Part shown: positions 1-14,730 of the stretch, in pieces
How the letters are laid out: each line of letters begins with the position of its first letter
How positions within the stretch are numbered: position 1 is the first letter of the stretch
NCBI GenBank assembly: GCA_951406725.2
Contig: OX597823.1
Coordinates: 38,336,001 to 38,398,000 of the forward strand
Source: Octopus vulgaris
Taxonomy: Eukaryota
Reading direction: 5' to 3'
DNA: 62,000 bases
Notes under the pieces: generated by a model
What the model saw: the letters and a program-made list of their open reading frames with translations, nothing else
The model's database searches: none
What the model was told of the DNA's origin: nothing
Made by a program: the position numbers and the translations under genes

Positions 1-20
1 ATAACAGTGTAGCACAAAAC

Positions 21-218
21 GGTATATATGTATGTCCGGGTTCCAGTTAATAATTTTCCTTATGACATAAATACACTATTGGATTTGAATTTAAAATTAT
101 CATTATCTTCCTCACGGTTGGTCAATTGAGAGCCAATGATAATTTTAAATTCAAATCCAATTGTGTATTTATGTCATAAGGAAAATTATTAACTGGAACC
201 CGGACATACATATATACC
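21..218. repeat. Long inverted repeat (fold-back): 84-bp arms 21-104 and 135-218, 30-nt spacer
   Basis: The reverse complement of 135-218 equals 21-104 except for one mismatch (cactatt vs cacaatt). Confidence 0.97.
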
Positions 219-900
219 ACTCTGGATCCTAATGTAAGCGTTATTAATAATATTATGAATGATAATAATGATAACATTAATGGTATTGACAACGATAATG
301 ATGCTAACTTTAATGACACTTTAGAAACTATTATGAAGTAATATAATGTACTATTGACTATGTATATTTGCATCTAGGTACTAATTTGTGTATGTTTATT
401 ATCACAATATTAAGTCGAAAAACTGAGACGTTGAATGTGGAACACATATATATGTTTACTAATTTATATTATTTATTTATATCATTATGTAAATGTATAT
501 TTTTATATGAATAGGAGTGTGAGTATATGCACTCATATGTATATGTATATGTTGTATTGTGGGTATCCACCCACACCCATGTGGGTATATATGTAGACTG
601 AGTTATATTACATAATCTCCGAAAAGGCCTTATGATATTTTTGTAAATGTCTCATTTATATCTATATATTGACCAACCATAAAGGGCTAATATTTGTAAA
701 ATGAGACATACTTATCTACATGGCCGAAACAGCTGTAAGATGTAATTTATATTTACTTATATTTATATTCTCTTTTATATATATTCTACTTATTATACAA
801 CATTACTCTTTTATGTACATTCATGTACACTGATTTGTTCTGCTTTTTTATATTCAACCCTGCAGTCTCTTATGTGGTGGTTTAATAAAGTATGTGATTG
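179..900 (+). mobile_element. Probable 3' end (pLTR-like region) of a Penelope-like element
   Basis: An Asn/Asp-rich frame ends at ~342 (GKLLTGTRTYIYTTLDPNV...ETIMK*). It is followed by TA/TG low-complexity DNA, a hammerhead-like motif at 607-746 and AATAAA at ~883. No RT or GIY-YIG motif is seen. Confidence 0.35.
607..746 (+). ncRNA. Degenerate minimal type-I hammerhead ribozyme
   Basis: Stem I ATCT(615-618)/AGAT(738-741), extended by ATTAC/GTAAT. Core CCGAAAA (619-625) differs from CUGANGA at 2 positions. Stem II GGCC(626-629)/GGCC(722-725), then GAAA at 726-729, palindromic stem III ACAGCTGT, and a GUA cleavage triplet at 735-737. Confidence 0.6.
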
Positions 901-1125
901 AGTATTATCTGGTAATTGATATTTGATTTAGATGTATTTCTCCATTTTCTTATCTTGTATTAGTAATTTGTGGTAAATCTTTTTACCTTTGCCCATATAA
1001 TACAGTAAATGAATTGATTGCATCGCAATCATTAACATTTATGTATTAACTTTGTTGGGTACTTCACTAGCAGTATATTGGATATATGTTATCCCATGGA
1101 GGGTTGCATTTACAACCCCTATCTC

Positions 1126-3950
<2,825 letters not shown>

Positions 3951-3984
3951 ATTATGTTGTCTTATGTATACAATTAGAGTGTTG

Positions 3985-4170
3985 CCTTGGCTTCAGTTAA
4001 TTTTGAAAACAATGGAAAATTTAGTAAAATAACTTAGTCATTATTAGCTGGTGTTTGAGGCATAAATTAGTCTGCAATTCTAATGTATTTTAATTTAAAT
4101 AACTTTAGAACAAGAAGTTTATATCATAGAATCAGGGCAGTCTCAGATGGATTAATATCAATTAGGTTAA
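3985..4170 (+). mobile_element. Non-autonomous DNA element fragment (TTAA-ended, piggyBac-like MITE)
   Basis: Aligns by eye with 34100-34293 (GCTTCA.TTAATTTTG.AAA...TTAT.AGCTG.TGTTT); both copies end in GGTTAA or GAGTTAA. Confidence 0.4.
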
Positions 4171-4199
4171 AGTTGATTATAATAGAGAAATGATAGTGG

Positions 4200-5130
4200 G
4201 ACATTTTTATCATTAAAGAATTAATTCTGAAATCCAGTATCTGAGAGGTTAAATGATCTCTTCAAATATTCATTTATTATTGAAATTCTTATTGTCCAGC
4301 CTACATCAAAATCAATGGCATTTCTGGATTCTACAAGTAATTGTGGTTCCTGATATATTTTAATATTGCTACATTCATCAGAGAAAAGTTACAACTTGTA
4401 AAATGCAAGACAGCTCTCAACCCCAAAGTTTTTGAACTTTTTGGTCAGAATTAACTGAAAACTTTGGAATTGCACTTTCTGCCACAAATTTATTCTTTGC
4501 TAAGCTTCTACAATATGGAATAGGTGTTGGTGTTGTTTTCCAAGTTTATTAGATCTATCCTCTAAGAATTACTTCGGGAACTGCAGCTGTGATGACAGAT
4601 GCTTCCAGTAATTTTCAAAGAAACTAGAGGTACTACCAAACTTTGAGAGAGAGTTAGAAACAGCAGGAAGAAACAACTGAGGCTCAAGAAGTACCATAAA
4701 ATCCAAAGCAGAATTTCAAAGTAAATTCCTGCTATGTTGTCTTGAACATGCTACAAAAAAATAATTACTTATTTGGCTTCCTGGATATATACTAAGGAAA
4801 ACAATCTACTGAAGATGCATTTAAGGGTTGCAAGGATTGTGAAAAATCCTTGTTCATAAAAGAAACGAAAATATTGATACTAAAGATTTACGCCACAAAG
4901 TTAGCAATAACTTGAAAACTTCCAAACTTTATGCTGCTGCATATGTTTCTCTTCATGCAATAAGAACTATTACCGAATATTTCTGATGTTCCTTTCCAGA
5001 CAACTAGTATCAACGGCAAATGGGGAACAATTTCACATAGCTCAAATTTATAAAAACATGTTGTCAACAGTATTACAAAAGTGACTAATTGGTTTAGTAA
5101 CCATGTCAACTGAACTTCTTATTGTTCAAT
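4200..5130 (+). pseudogene. Decayed hAT transposase remnant (C-terminal dimerisation region)
   Basis: 4971-5118 translates as YRIFLM..LVSTANGEQ..AQIYKNMLSTVLQK*LIGLVTMSTE, resembling the hAT motif PVTVASAERSFSKLKLIKNYLRSTMxQERLxGLAxxSIE. The upstream boundary is uncertain. Confidence 0.55.
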
Positions 5131-5542
5131 CTGATTAAATTGGTGACAAATTTATAAAGGGTAAGGCATACTAAGACAAATTTTTATGTTCCTGAAAGTG
5201 AGGTTTTGATAAGATTTAAATTTTAACCAGACAGTTCATAAGATTCTGGTATGTTTGTCTTTAAGTAAGATATTGTTGGTTACACTAAGTAAACATAAAA
5301 GGACATAAAAGATATGTGAAGTAAAAGGTTTCAATGTAGTGTTACTTTATAGAAAATACGGTTTCGACCAAGTGTCTTCAGGATCAAAATTATTCCTATG
5401 TCAAAATATTTTTCATTTGTATTTCAGAAAGTTAATCAAACATTGATGCATTATTTATTCTTGCAATTTAAAATAAATTTAGAAGTTTCAAATTTTATGC
5501 CTTTTACTTTTTGTGCTACAAAATGTCTGCTTTAGAAAATTT

Positions 5543-5775
5543 ATCATCATTGTCTTCATCATCATTTAATGTCCTTGTACCATACTGGCATGGGTTGGAC
5601 AGTTTGACAGGATCTGACTGGTCCAAAGACTGCATTATGCTTCACTATCTACTTTGGCATGGTTTTTATGATTGGGTACCCTTTCTAATGCCAATCACTT
5701 TACAAAATGTGCTAGGTGCTTTTTTCATACCATTAGTACCAGTGAAGGCATCACACAGCTTGCAAGAGTTTGAAG
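5543..5775 (-). mobile_element. RTE-family 3' tail fragment
   Basis: (CAT)n tail, CCATACTGGCATGG hairpin and GGGTACCCTTTCTAATGCCAATCACT match the other tail copies. Confidence 0.75.
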
Positions 5776-8057
5776 TTGATAACTTTTTGGGTGAGTGCAA
5801 AAAAGTTGGTTTATGCTTGGTTGTAAAATAGTCCACACATTGTAAAATAGGCCACACATTGTGATGTCCACACATTGATGTCCACACATTATGATGCAAA
5901 AAAAAAAAAAAAGATGTCAGATGGTTGTAGTCTGCTATAAATGGGTAACTTAACCAAGAAATTGTCATGCTATTGTTAGTTTTCATTGTTTTTGTTTAAT
6001 TGTTCCAAGACTGGATAATCATTGTCAATGTACATAAATCTAATTTAATATACTGCACAGCTGTTATAAATGAACCTCTCTAAATGTGTATAAGATGACT
6101 GTTAATTAAACAAATGCAACTTTCACTAAAGAAGAATGTCTTGATTTAGTTATAATTGGTAATGTTGTTTCAACTTGCATTGTTCATGAAGCTGATATAT
6201 TTTTATGGTATATATATACAAGGTTGAGTAGTTGTGTTTGTAATCTGGTTTGTTTTTGTCATCTGGGATTTTTTTTGACAAATTCATTTTTTTAGAATTG
6301 TTAAACGATTGTATTACATAATCATTGACATCTAGTTTGGGCTATCTGGGTTTTATCTTCAAATTCATTGAACCAAATTTATACATAGTTGTTGTGCAAC
6401 CCCAGAGTATTCTGATCAATTAATTCTAATTTATGCCTAGTATTATACTTTGTATAATATAATTCCTGTGTGTATTTACATTTTGCTTTACCACAAATCC
6501 TTGCTTATTCTCTTCCTGTATGGTGAACAAAGTCATTTCCCTCATACTTTTGGTTCTATTTCCCCATTTTTTTCTCTAAATTTTGAACTGCTGATTTATT
6601 TAACAAATTCTACCTAGAAAAAGGTTGTTGGTATAAAGAATTACTAATATCTAAGAGGGTTAAAACCACACATGAACTTAAATTATGTGGATTAATGAAA
6701 ACAGAATTTGATATATTTCCATTGAAGGAAAGTGTGTTTAATTAATAAGATGTTACAAAGCTGGGAGATATTTTAGCAAGTTTCATGATTGGTTTTGACT
6801 ATTGTATTATAGCTGGTATTTTCTATTTCTGATAAAGTGTTGAATATCTTTTTTCTTTTTATTTATTTCTGCATTTTCTATATTGGAAAGCTAGCTATCT
6901 TCTTTATTGATTACTTAATAGATGGCTTAAGTCTTTAAGAAAAAGAACAGATGCCTGCTCTGAGTTTTAGCCATATTATTAGAATGAATTTCACATGAAA
7001 GTTTCTTTACTTGTTTTGGAAAGAGTAGGTTAAAGAAGTAAGAAAGATAAATTTTCTTGTGCAAAATATTGATTTTACAAAGTACATTTAATGTTTGTAA
7101 TATAAGTGTCAATTAGCTTGTATTTTCTTATTACTTCTATTAACCACTATTCTATGTTGATATAGCCTTGGAAGAAGATTAACTCTTTTTCTATTTCATC
7201 TTTCTTTAGGTTTCTCTACTAGTTTCAGATCATTGAGGTCACTTTTAATTAGGTTTGGCAGTTTTCATTTTAGTTACTTTTATTTTATTTTTACAAAGTC
7301 ATGTCATTTGTTCATTTAATTTGCATCATTCATTTTTATTATATACTCTCTGTATACACATTTAACTTACAACCTGGTATGTTAAAAAGATCAAAAATGG
7401 TTGTTCTTTATACATCTATCCTAACTCTTTTGAAAGCAAATTGGCAGGATTACAGTTGCTCATTAACCTGCAAATAGATACCATCTAGAAAGTTGGTTGG
7501 TTGTAGATCTTGATTGGAACTAACAGCAGTGTTGTGATAATATTGAGGGCTTCTTTGGTTTGGATCTTTCACTCCACTGGATATGAGCAGTGTTGCTGTT
7601 AAGGAATTTGCTGCAAACTTCTATCATGTTCTATGTATATATGTGTCATTCAGAAAAACCAATCTTGTTGACTTAAGATTAGTAAAGCTGTCAACTGTAT
7701 TTGTGCATTGTAGTGTGGGTTGGCGGAGTTATTTTCAACCCAGACCCTATCAACTCTGGTATAGCCCAAAGCTATTACCTACATATTTCCTTTTGTACAT
7801 TAGTGACCTACTTGTTATCACCTCTAAAAGCAAACACTCCTCTGTAAAGGATAACATCATTCACATATACATTCACATATACAAACTAGACTTGGGCAAT
7901 TTGAAAACATCTTCAATAAAATAAATTTCATTAGACAATACCTAGAATTACTATGCATACCAAAAAATGTCGTTATCACACCTGTACACATGGATATATA
8001 AAAATTTCAAATTTGCTACAAATCTTTGGTCTCACTATCTGATCACTTATTGCAACC

Positions 8058-8114
<57 letters not shown>

Positions 8115-8115
<1 letters not shown>

Positions 8116-8241
8116 TTGTGTCTGGGGAGAGTCATTCTCTTTTGGTGCCTTATAATTTAACACACTTATAAGTGGAAATTTTACTGGTGAGTGTGTTAAA
8201 TTATAAGGCACCAAAAGAGAATGACTCTCCCCAGACACAAC
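8115..8241. repeat. Perfect inverted repeat: 52-bp arms 8115-8166 and 8190-8241, 23-nt spacer
   Basis: The arms are exact reverse complements; the repeat directly follows (TA)n at 8063-8112. Confidence 0.98.
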
Positions 8242-8379
8242 AGAATATGCTTCAACACACGAACTCACATAAAGAATCGTGTAAACCAAATCCAAAAGCG
8301 AAATATGTATATTCATATATTAAACAATAGGATTCTTCTTTTGAGTCAAAAAATTCTTTATTTCTGATAAGTTGCTTAC

Positions 8380-8660
8380 CTTCAACAGTGCTCAAGTAAA
8401 AACCTCATTGAGGTACTGCTTACATTTTTGGGACATTGTTGCTTGTTAGAAGCAAACATCAAGGACCACATCTGAAAGAAAGCCTGGTTGGCAAAGATTT
8501 GTACATCAACATTTTTTTGACCACTTCTCACTGTTGCACTGTCTCTTCTTTCCTTTTCTATTGCTGTTACAATGGCTTCCATTTTTCTGAACTTGCTAAC
8601 TGCATTCTCTCTATCCTTTTAGGCCCAGTTGTTTGACCTTTCTCTTTTTCTCTTCCTGTT
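8380..8660 (-). pseudogene. Possible Myb/SANT-like ORF remnant (Harbinger-type)
   Basis: RKRKRERSNNWA*KDRENAV..EAIVTAIEKERRDSATVRS..KQQCPKN loosely resembles the N-terminus of Myb/SANT-like DNA-binding domains. Confidence 0.3.
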
Positions 8661-8695
8661 ATCATTATTAGGTGTTATCATCATGTGTCCCACCA

Positions 8696-8915
8696 AGGTG
8701 GTGAGCTGGCAGAATCGTTAGCATGCCAGGTGAAATGTTTAGTGGTATTTCATCTGCTGCTACATTCTGAGTTCAAATTTTGCTGAGGTTGACTTTGCCC
8801 TTCATCCTTTTGGGGTCGATAAATTAAGTACCAGTGAAACACTGGGCTTGATGTTATCGACTAATCCCCACCCTCAAATTTCAGGCCTTGTGTCTATAGT
8901 AAAAAGGATTATTAT
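8696..8915 (+). mobile_element. tRNA-type SINE, family A
   Basis: GGTGAGCTGGCAGAATCGTTAGCA...GAGTTCAAATT...CTTCATCCTTTTGGGGTCGATAAATTAAGTACCAG; many copies in the window. Confidence 0.85.
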
Positions 8916-9133
8916 GTGTCTCATTTCCCCCAGCCTTGCACTAAACACTTCATACAAACCTTCTTTCCAAGATCTTCAATCTAGATACTAATCATATAAA
9001 ACCTTTTATCTTGGAGCTATTCATAACTCACAAGCACTGTTCCTCTGACTGTAAGGGAAAAATTTATTTATATAGATAAAGACAAAAATATACATGTACA
9101 TAAATATATATGTACAAGTATGTATATATATAT

Positions 9134-9870
9134 ACAGGGTGTGTAAGATATTTGAGAACAGATTTATATTCATAAAAAAAAACCCAGATATATATAATAA
9201 CAGATAACTTTATTAAAAAATGCTATGAGGATAAAAATAAACCTTCTTTTCTATAATGTTATTCAATAAAGCCACCTTCAGCTTCAACAACTGCTTCTAT
9301 ATGAGATCTAAATTATCTACATGCATGAATCAAGTGGTCCTAGTTCATTTTGGACATTATTCTGACTATGGCAGCTTTCAAAGAATCTTTGGTGTTATGG
9401 GCATATTCATTGACTTCTCTCTCAATAACGCTTACATGTAATAGTCCAATGAATTGAGATCTGGGGAATTAGGAGGCCAAATTTTAGGGGTTATGTGATC
9501 ATGAAAATTTTCAACCATCCATTCCTGTGTTACTAGAGCCATATGCGATAGTGCAGAGACTTACTGAAACACATATGACCTCTCATTGCATACACTGTCT
9601 ATCCAGGGCTTAACAATTATTTTCAGGATCTCAATGTAGGTGGCAAAGTTAACTCTAAGGCCTTGTGGAAAGAAGTAAGGTGGCATCACATGTCCTTCAT
9701 TGCTGACAACCATGATAGTTGCAGGATGTTTTGTATGCAAAACACTTGTAACTTCAGAAGGGTCTGCACATAACTATCTGTCATTTGTTCTGTTAACTTT
9801 TTAATGTTGGTCGAAGTTTTTCTCGTTTGAGAAAAACCAAATCAAATCTTCTTCTGACCGGTGGCATTGC
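9134..9870 (-). mobile_element. DD37D/maT-type Tc1-mariner remnant
   Basis: The minus strand translates FFSNEKNFDQ..NDRWL..KHPATIMV..PWID..VFQ..WPPNSPDLNSLDYY..EAVVEAEGGFIE*. A terminus TA-CAGGGTG lies at ~9134. Confidence 0.8.
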
Positions 9871-9879
9871 ATGAAGTTA

Positions 9880-10612
9880 TACTGTCACATGGTGTGTCTT
9901 TGTTTTGCATTACTTCTTCCTTGTTTGTCAATTTTTGCAATGGTGGAAATAAAAGAACAGCATGCTTCCATGAAATTCTGTTTTCTGCTGGAGGAAATGG
10001 TGGCTGAAACAATTGTCATGCTTCAAACAGCTTACAAAGATGCTGCCATGAGCAAAACACAAGTTTATGAGTGATTTCCATGCTTTAGGAATGGTCACTT
10101 GTTGCTTGAAGACCAACCTCGTTCAGGATGACCATCAACCTCTCAAACAAATGAAAACATCATGAAAATTCATGAACTGATCTTGGAGGAACATAACTGA
10201 ACAACTTATTGACATGACTGGTGTGTCCTGGAACTCCTGTCAATGAATTTTGAGTGAGGAATTGTGAATGAAAAGAGTTGCAGCGAAATTTGTATCTTGC
10301 TTGTTCATGGAAGATCAAAAAAGCTGTCATGATTGAATGCATCTCATGGACTGAAAGAACAGTTGAAAGTTGATCCAGACCTTTTTTCAAAGGTCATCAC
10401 TAGTGAAAAAGTTGATGCTATGGAATTTGCAGATGTGGAAGAGGTGAAGAAAAAATCGATGGGAGCATTAAAAGGCATCACTTCATAAGAATTTCAGTAC
10501 TGCTTCAAATAGTGGAAAACATGCCTGGACTGATGCATTGCTTCAAATGGAAAATACTTTGAAGGCAATAAACATGTAAAACTAAGTAAATAAAATAATA
10601 TTGAAAATTTCA
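9880..10612 (+). mobile_element. Internally deleted mariner (irritans-like)
   Basis: EQHASMKFCFLL..AETIVMLQTAYKDAAMSKTQVYE*F..LEDQPRSG*PSTS, plus a C-terminal ...CIASNGKYFEG. Confidence 0.8.
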
Positions 10613-10679
10613 TCATCTGACACAAGATTGCCTCTTCCAATACCCCCATCCCTCTCAAAATCCTTGTCTCGCTAGTTAC

Positions 10680-10974
10680 TTGATGACCTTGTGAGTGCTG
10701 GTGCCACATAAAAAACATCCAGTCCACACTGCAAAGTGGTTGGCATTTGGAGGGGCATCCAGCTGTAAAAATAATGCCAAAACTGACTTCACCTGTGCTA
10801 GTGCCATGTAAAAAGCACTGAGTCCACTCTGCAGATTAGTTGGTGTTAGGAAGGGCATCCAGCTGTAAAAATCCTGCCAAAACAGACACAATAGTCTGAG
10901 GTAGTCTTCTACTTGGCTAGCTCCTGTCAGCCATCCAACGCATGCATGCATGGAAGATGGATGCTAAATGATGA

Positions 10975-10975
<1 letters not shown>
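10680..10975 (+). mobile_element. RTE-family 3' tail (duplicated core)
   Basis: Two GTTGG..TTAGGAAGGGCATCCAGCTGTAAAAA motifs, ending CATGGAAGATGGATGCTAAATGATGAT. Confidence 0.75.
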
Positions 10976-11033
<58 letters not shown>

Positions 11034-11679
11034 TTCTGTATGTGTGTGTGTGTGTGTACATACTGTATGCAGTATGGCCTTTCTGTTAGTAAAAAGAGCT
11101 TAGTAATGTGATGGCATTCTGCTAACAAGTTAGCATAATTTGCATTGTGTAATTTTTAAATTCAGTGAACTTGATTTTCTATGACATTTTAGTCACCTAA
11201 GATTTGTTTGCAATACAATGATTCAGAATTAAAAAAAACATTGATCAGATGTAAACTATTTCTGTCATATTAACATTTCTAGAGATTCATCATTTAACTT
11301 TTGATGTAGTTCATTTTAAGATGTGTGCACATGTTGTCTATAATTGTTGAATATTAGAATATAAAATTGTAAAAAAAAATATTCTGATGTTAAAAAGTGT
11401 TAACTGGCCAGACATGGGATGTAAGCCAGAAAATGGTGCAATGCTAGTTAAAAACATATAGTAAGCATTTTATGAACTAAACATTCTTCTATGAATATTT
11501 TGGTAGATCTCTCTCTCTCTTTTTCTCTCATGTTTACATATATGAATTATCATCATCATCTTAAAAACTACTTTTCCCTGCTTGCTCCCTTCATGAAATT
11601 TTCTATTACTGGATGCCCATCGTGACACCAATACACATGTGTTTCCCAGCAAGGTAATTATCTCCACAATGAATTGAAA

Positions 11680-13000
11680 GGTGATCAGTCTATTTCTGCA
11701 TATGTGGATGATGCCACCATCACTGTATCTGATGAAACTCAGCTACCTTGTGTAGAGGATGCAATCAAAGGATACAAGGTGGTGGCACGGGCAAAAATTA
11801 ACAAGGACGAGTCCATCGGCTCAGCACCTGGAGTGGCAAGATGATACTGTCCAGTGTCCCACGACACTGGATGGAAGGTCCTGTTAAGTTGCTTGGAGTC
11901 TGGTTTGGACCAGATTCCTAGACGGAGAAGAACTGGAGTGAGGTGGCGACCCTAATCCGGACCTAGTCTGGAAGGACACTATCCTTGAAGGGGAGGGCAG
12001 AGGTGGTGCAAGTGTATATTGCATCTGTTATCACCTACCATCTGACTGTTGTCTCTTGCTCTGATTCATGGCTAAACAAGTTGGAACGCTTTCTCCTCTG
12101 CTTTTTGTGGAGGGAAGGAAAACTGCTTGTGAGGCACTCTGCTGCCAAAAACCACTAAAGGGTGGGCTAGGCATGCCATGTCTGATGATGCGCAAACATG
12201 CACTGAGACTGAGGCACCTCTGGCTCTACTTGGAGGGTGACCAGGTGTGGAATACACTGGTGGAGACATTCTTTCTGCGATGGACCTCTTTGGAGGAATT
12301 CAAACCCAATTTCATAAAAAGACAGAACTTGACTGAATGGCAAAAAGAGTGTCAATGGGCACTTGTGCTAATCCACAAGGTGAGCAAAGCCGGTAGCGGG
12401 AGTACCACCTTGATACTCTATAGCAGGCTGGTAGAGTTCAAGAGGAATAACATCCTAGGAGAAGCTCTGGGGCTCGATGAGGCTAGCTAGCCAACCTGTT
12501 TCAAAGAACTTTCAGGTCAGGGTACCTGGATAACTACCAGAAATCCCTGACCTGGCAGTGCTATAGGAGTGCTTTATCTGTTCATGATAAACTGTCTAGG
12601 TATGGGATGTCTGTGCCACCATGCCCAAGGTGCAGGCAGGATGATGAAATTGTTCTGCATGCCCTTGTACAGTGCCCGGAGCTTTTGGGCTTGATAGTTT
12701 ATGCAGAACACATGCTGTCGCATCTAGGAAGAGTACAGCTATTGGCTGAGTGCATGATTAAGATTGCACCTCTACCCAGACTATCAAAGGAAGTTGAGAC
12801 ATGTATTGAAAGAAGTCACAATGGGAACATTCATCTCCAGCCCTGGTTTGCTATATTACTTGAGATATCATCTGAAGAGCAAGATAGGGCTGGAGAAAAG
12901 ACACCTGTCACAAAGTGTATATGGAAAAAGATGGAAGGATGTGGTAAGGAAGTTTGGAGTGAATGGCCCTATGTAATATCATCCATAGTAAAGGAGTATG
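11680..13000 (+). mobile_element. L1/Tx1-clade ORF2 3' half, degenerate (RT C-terminus + zinc-binding region)
   Basis: SAYVDDATI..KINKDESIG, GPVKLLGVWFGPD, LSLKGRAEVVQVYIASVI, KGGLGMPCL and CPRCRQDDEIVLHALVQCP. Confidence 0.85.
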
Positions 13001-13474
13001 GTGCTGCTGGTTTTCTTCATGGCCAAGGTGTAAAATTTTAAGTGTATCTAATTTATAATTGTATCTAATATAAATCATCATATTTTTAAAATCTCATTAA
13101 AACGAACTCATAAACACTATTTGTTTGTAATGTCCTGTATTGTCCCCTCTATGTATTGATATTGTATTATCATAATAAAGAATACATCTCTACCAGATGA
13201 GGTGTCCAGTACTGAAGAGAAGTAGAAATAGCCTGAAACCAGACCGGTTCCATCACTAGAAGGTGGTAGGGGTTTGTTCACAGTATATCGGATACAGCTG
13301 TGTATTGTTAACCAGCTAGAGGAGATGTTCTCTTGGGGTTACAAAATCACAGTAAATTCCGCTGGAATGGAACAGCCATGTTGAAGTGGCTATGAACATT
13401 ACTTACTAGTACAACTGCTGTGATCATCTCTTAAAGAGATTTTAGAATTAGATTTTTAGCTTTTATATATTATT

Positions 13475-13525
13475 TTATTTTTATTTTATCTTTATCTAGT
13501 TTCAGCTCACAAGCTGTGGCCATGT
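13475..13525 (-). mobile_element. Isolated 3' tail of the CR1-type family
   Basis: CATGGCCACAGCTTGTGAGCTGAAAC followed by an A-rich tail, as in the LINE at 1244-1269. Confidence 0.7.
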
Positions 13526-13608
13526 GTATATATATATTTATTATACTTTTACAAGATGAAGGGTGGCAATAACTTTGAAGTTTCAACCTGGTAGTCTTTG
13601 TCAACCTA

Positions 13609-13663
13609 CAATGGACAGTCTGATGAAAGCTGTCAGGATGAAACTTCAAAGTCACTGTCATTG
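13609..13663 (+). ncRNA. Minimal type-I hammerhead ribozyme with intact core and eroded stem II
   Basis: Stem I GACAGT(13614-19)/ACTGTC(13654-59), extended by CAAT/ATTG. CTGATGA at 13620-26, GAAA at 13640-43, stem III AC-TTCAAA-GT, and a GUC cleavage triplet at 13651-53. Confidence 0.75.
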
Positions 13664-13732
13664 GTCCTCTTGTACAAGTTTGATAAATATGTACTCTACA
13701 AAAAGTATTGAATAATTCATCAGTTTAATATT

Positions 13733-13954
13733 GGTTTCAAATTTTGACACAAAGCCAGCAATTTCAGGGGAGGGGAGAAGTTGTTTATATCAACCCCCAT
13801 GTTCAACTAGTACTTATTTTATCGACCCTGAAAGGATGAAAGGCAAAGTCGACCTTGGCGGAATTTGAACTCAGTATGTAAAGACAGACAAGATGTCATT
13901 AAGCATTTTGTGTTGCATGCTAATGATTCTGCCAGCTTGCTGCCTTGCCTTCAA
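13733..13954 (-). mobile_element. SINE family A with 9-bp TSD
   Basis: Reverse complement of family A; TTTAATATT flanks both sides. Confidence 0.85.
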
Positions 13955-14062
13955 TTTAATATTAAATTGATTTTATTATAATTTGACATAAAAACAAACA
14001 TTGCATCTTGTCACAGGGTGCTGTCCTTGTCTCTTCCCTCTTTATTGTCATTTTGTTAAATA

Positions 14063-14095
<33 letters not shown>

Positions 14096-14584
14096 GCACA
14101 TACTGGCACTCATGCCACATATACACTCATATATAGACAAATACACACACACACACACATACACACATATATAGGCTGCAGTCAAATGACCGAAACAAGT
14201 AAAAGAATGTGTGTGTGTGTGTATCATTTAACTCCTGTCTGCATGCTAGCTTGGGTTTGAGGATGACATAATACTCCAATGTTTTAGTTTTTGGCATGGT
14301 TTCTATGGCTGAATGTCTTTCATTATGTCAATCACTTTAAAAGTGTACTGAGTGCTATTTTTGTGACACCAGTATTCATGAAATTGCCATTTATAAATAT
14401 ATATATGTTTAAATATATACATATGTCTGTATGTATGTGCATGTATATACATGTGCATATATTTGTAAATATGTGTATATGTATATGCGTATTTGTATAA
14501 GTATGCATATCTATATGTGTATATCGGTATAAATATATGTACACGTATATCATATACATATAAAAAGTAGTCCATAAATAACCA

Positions 14585-14730
14585 TCATTGATGATGGCTT
14601 AAGTGGATAAAATTTTGAAGTCACTGTCAACAACGTTCTTGTATAAGAATAAGAAATTTGTAGTCTACAAAAGTATAGAATATGATTAATGTAAAATTGT
14701 TTTTATTATAACAACATAAAAACAAACATT
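14585..14730 (+). repeat. Second, more degenerate copy of the hammerhead-bearing repeat
   Basis: TTGATGA..GGATAAAATTTTGAAGTCACTGTC..CTACAAAAGTAT.GAATA..TTATTATAA..CATAAAAACAAACATT aligns with 13620-13732 plus 13955-14000. Confidence 0.7.

Noticed and set aside
8696-8790. tRNA-like A/B boxes (TGGCAGAATCG, GAGTTCAAAT)
   Set aside because: These are SINE heads; no complete cloverleaf is present, so no tRNA gene is called.
13180-13440. GC-richer segment with faint endonuclease-like words on the minus strand (NVH..WLFHSS)
   Set aside because: Too degenerate to assign to a family.
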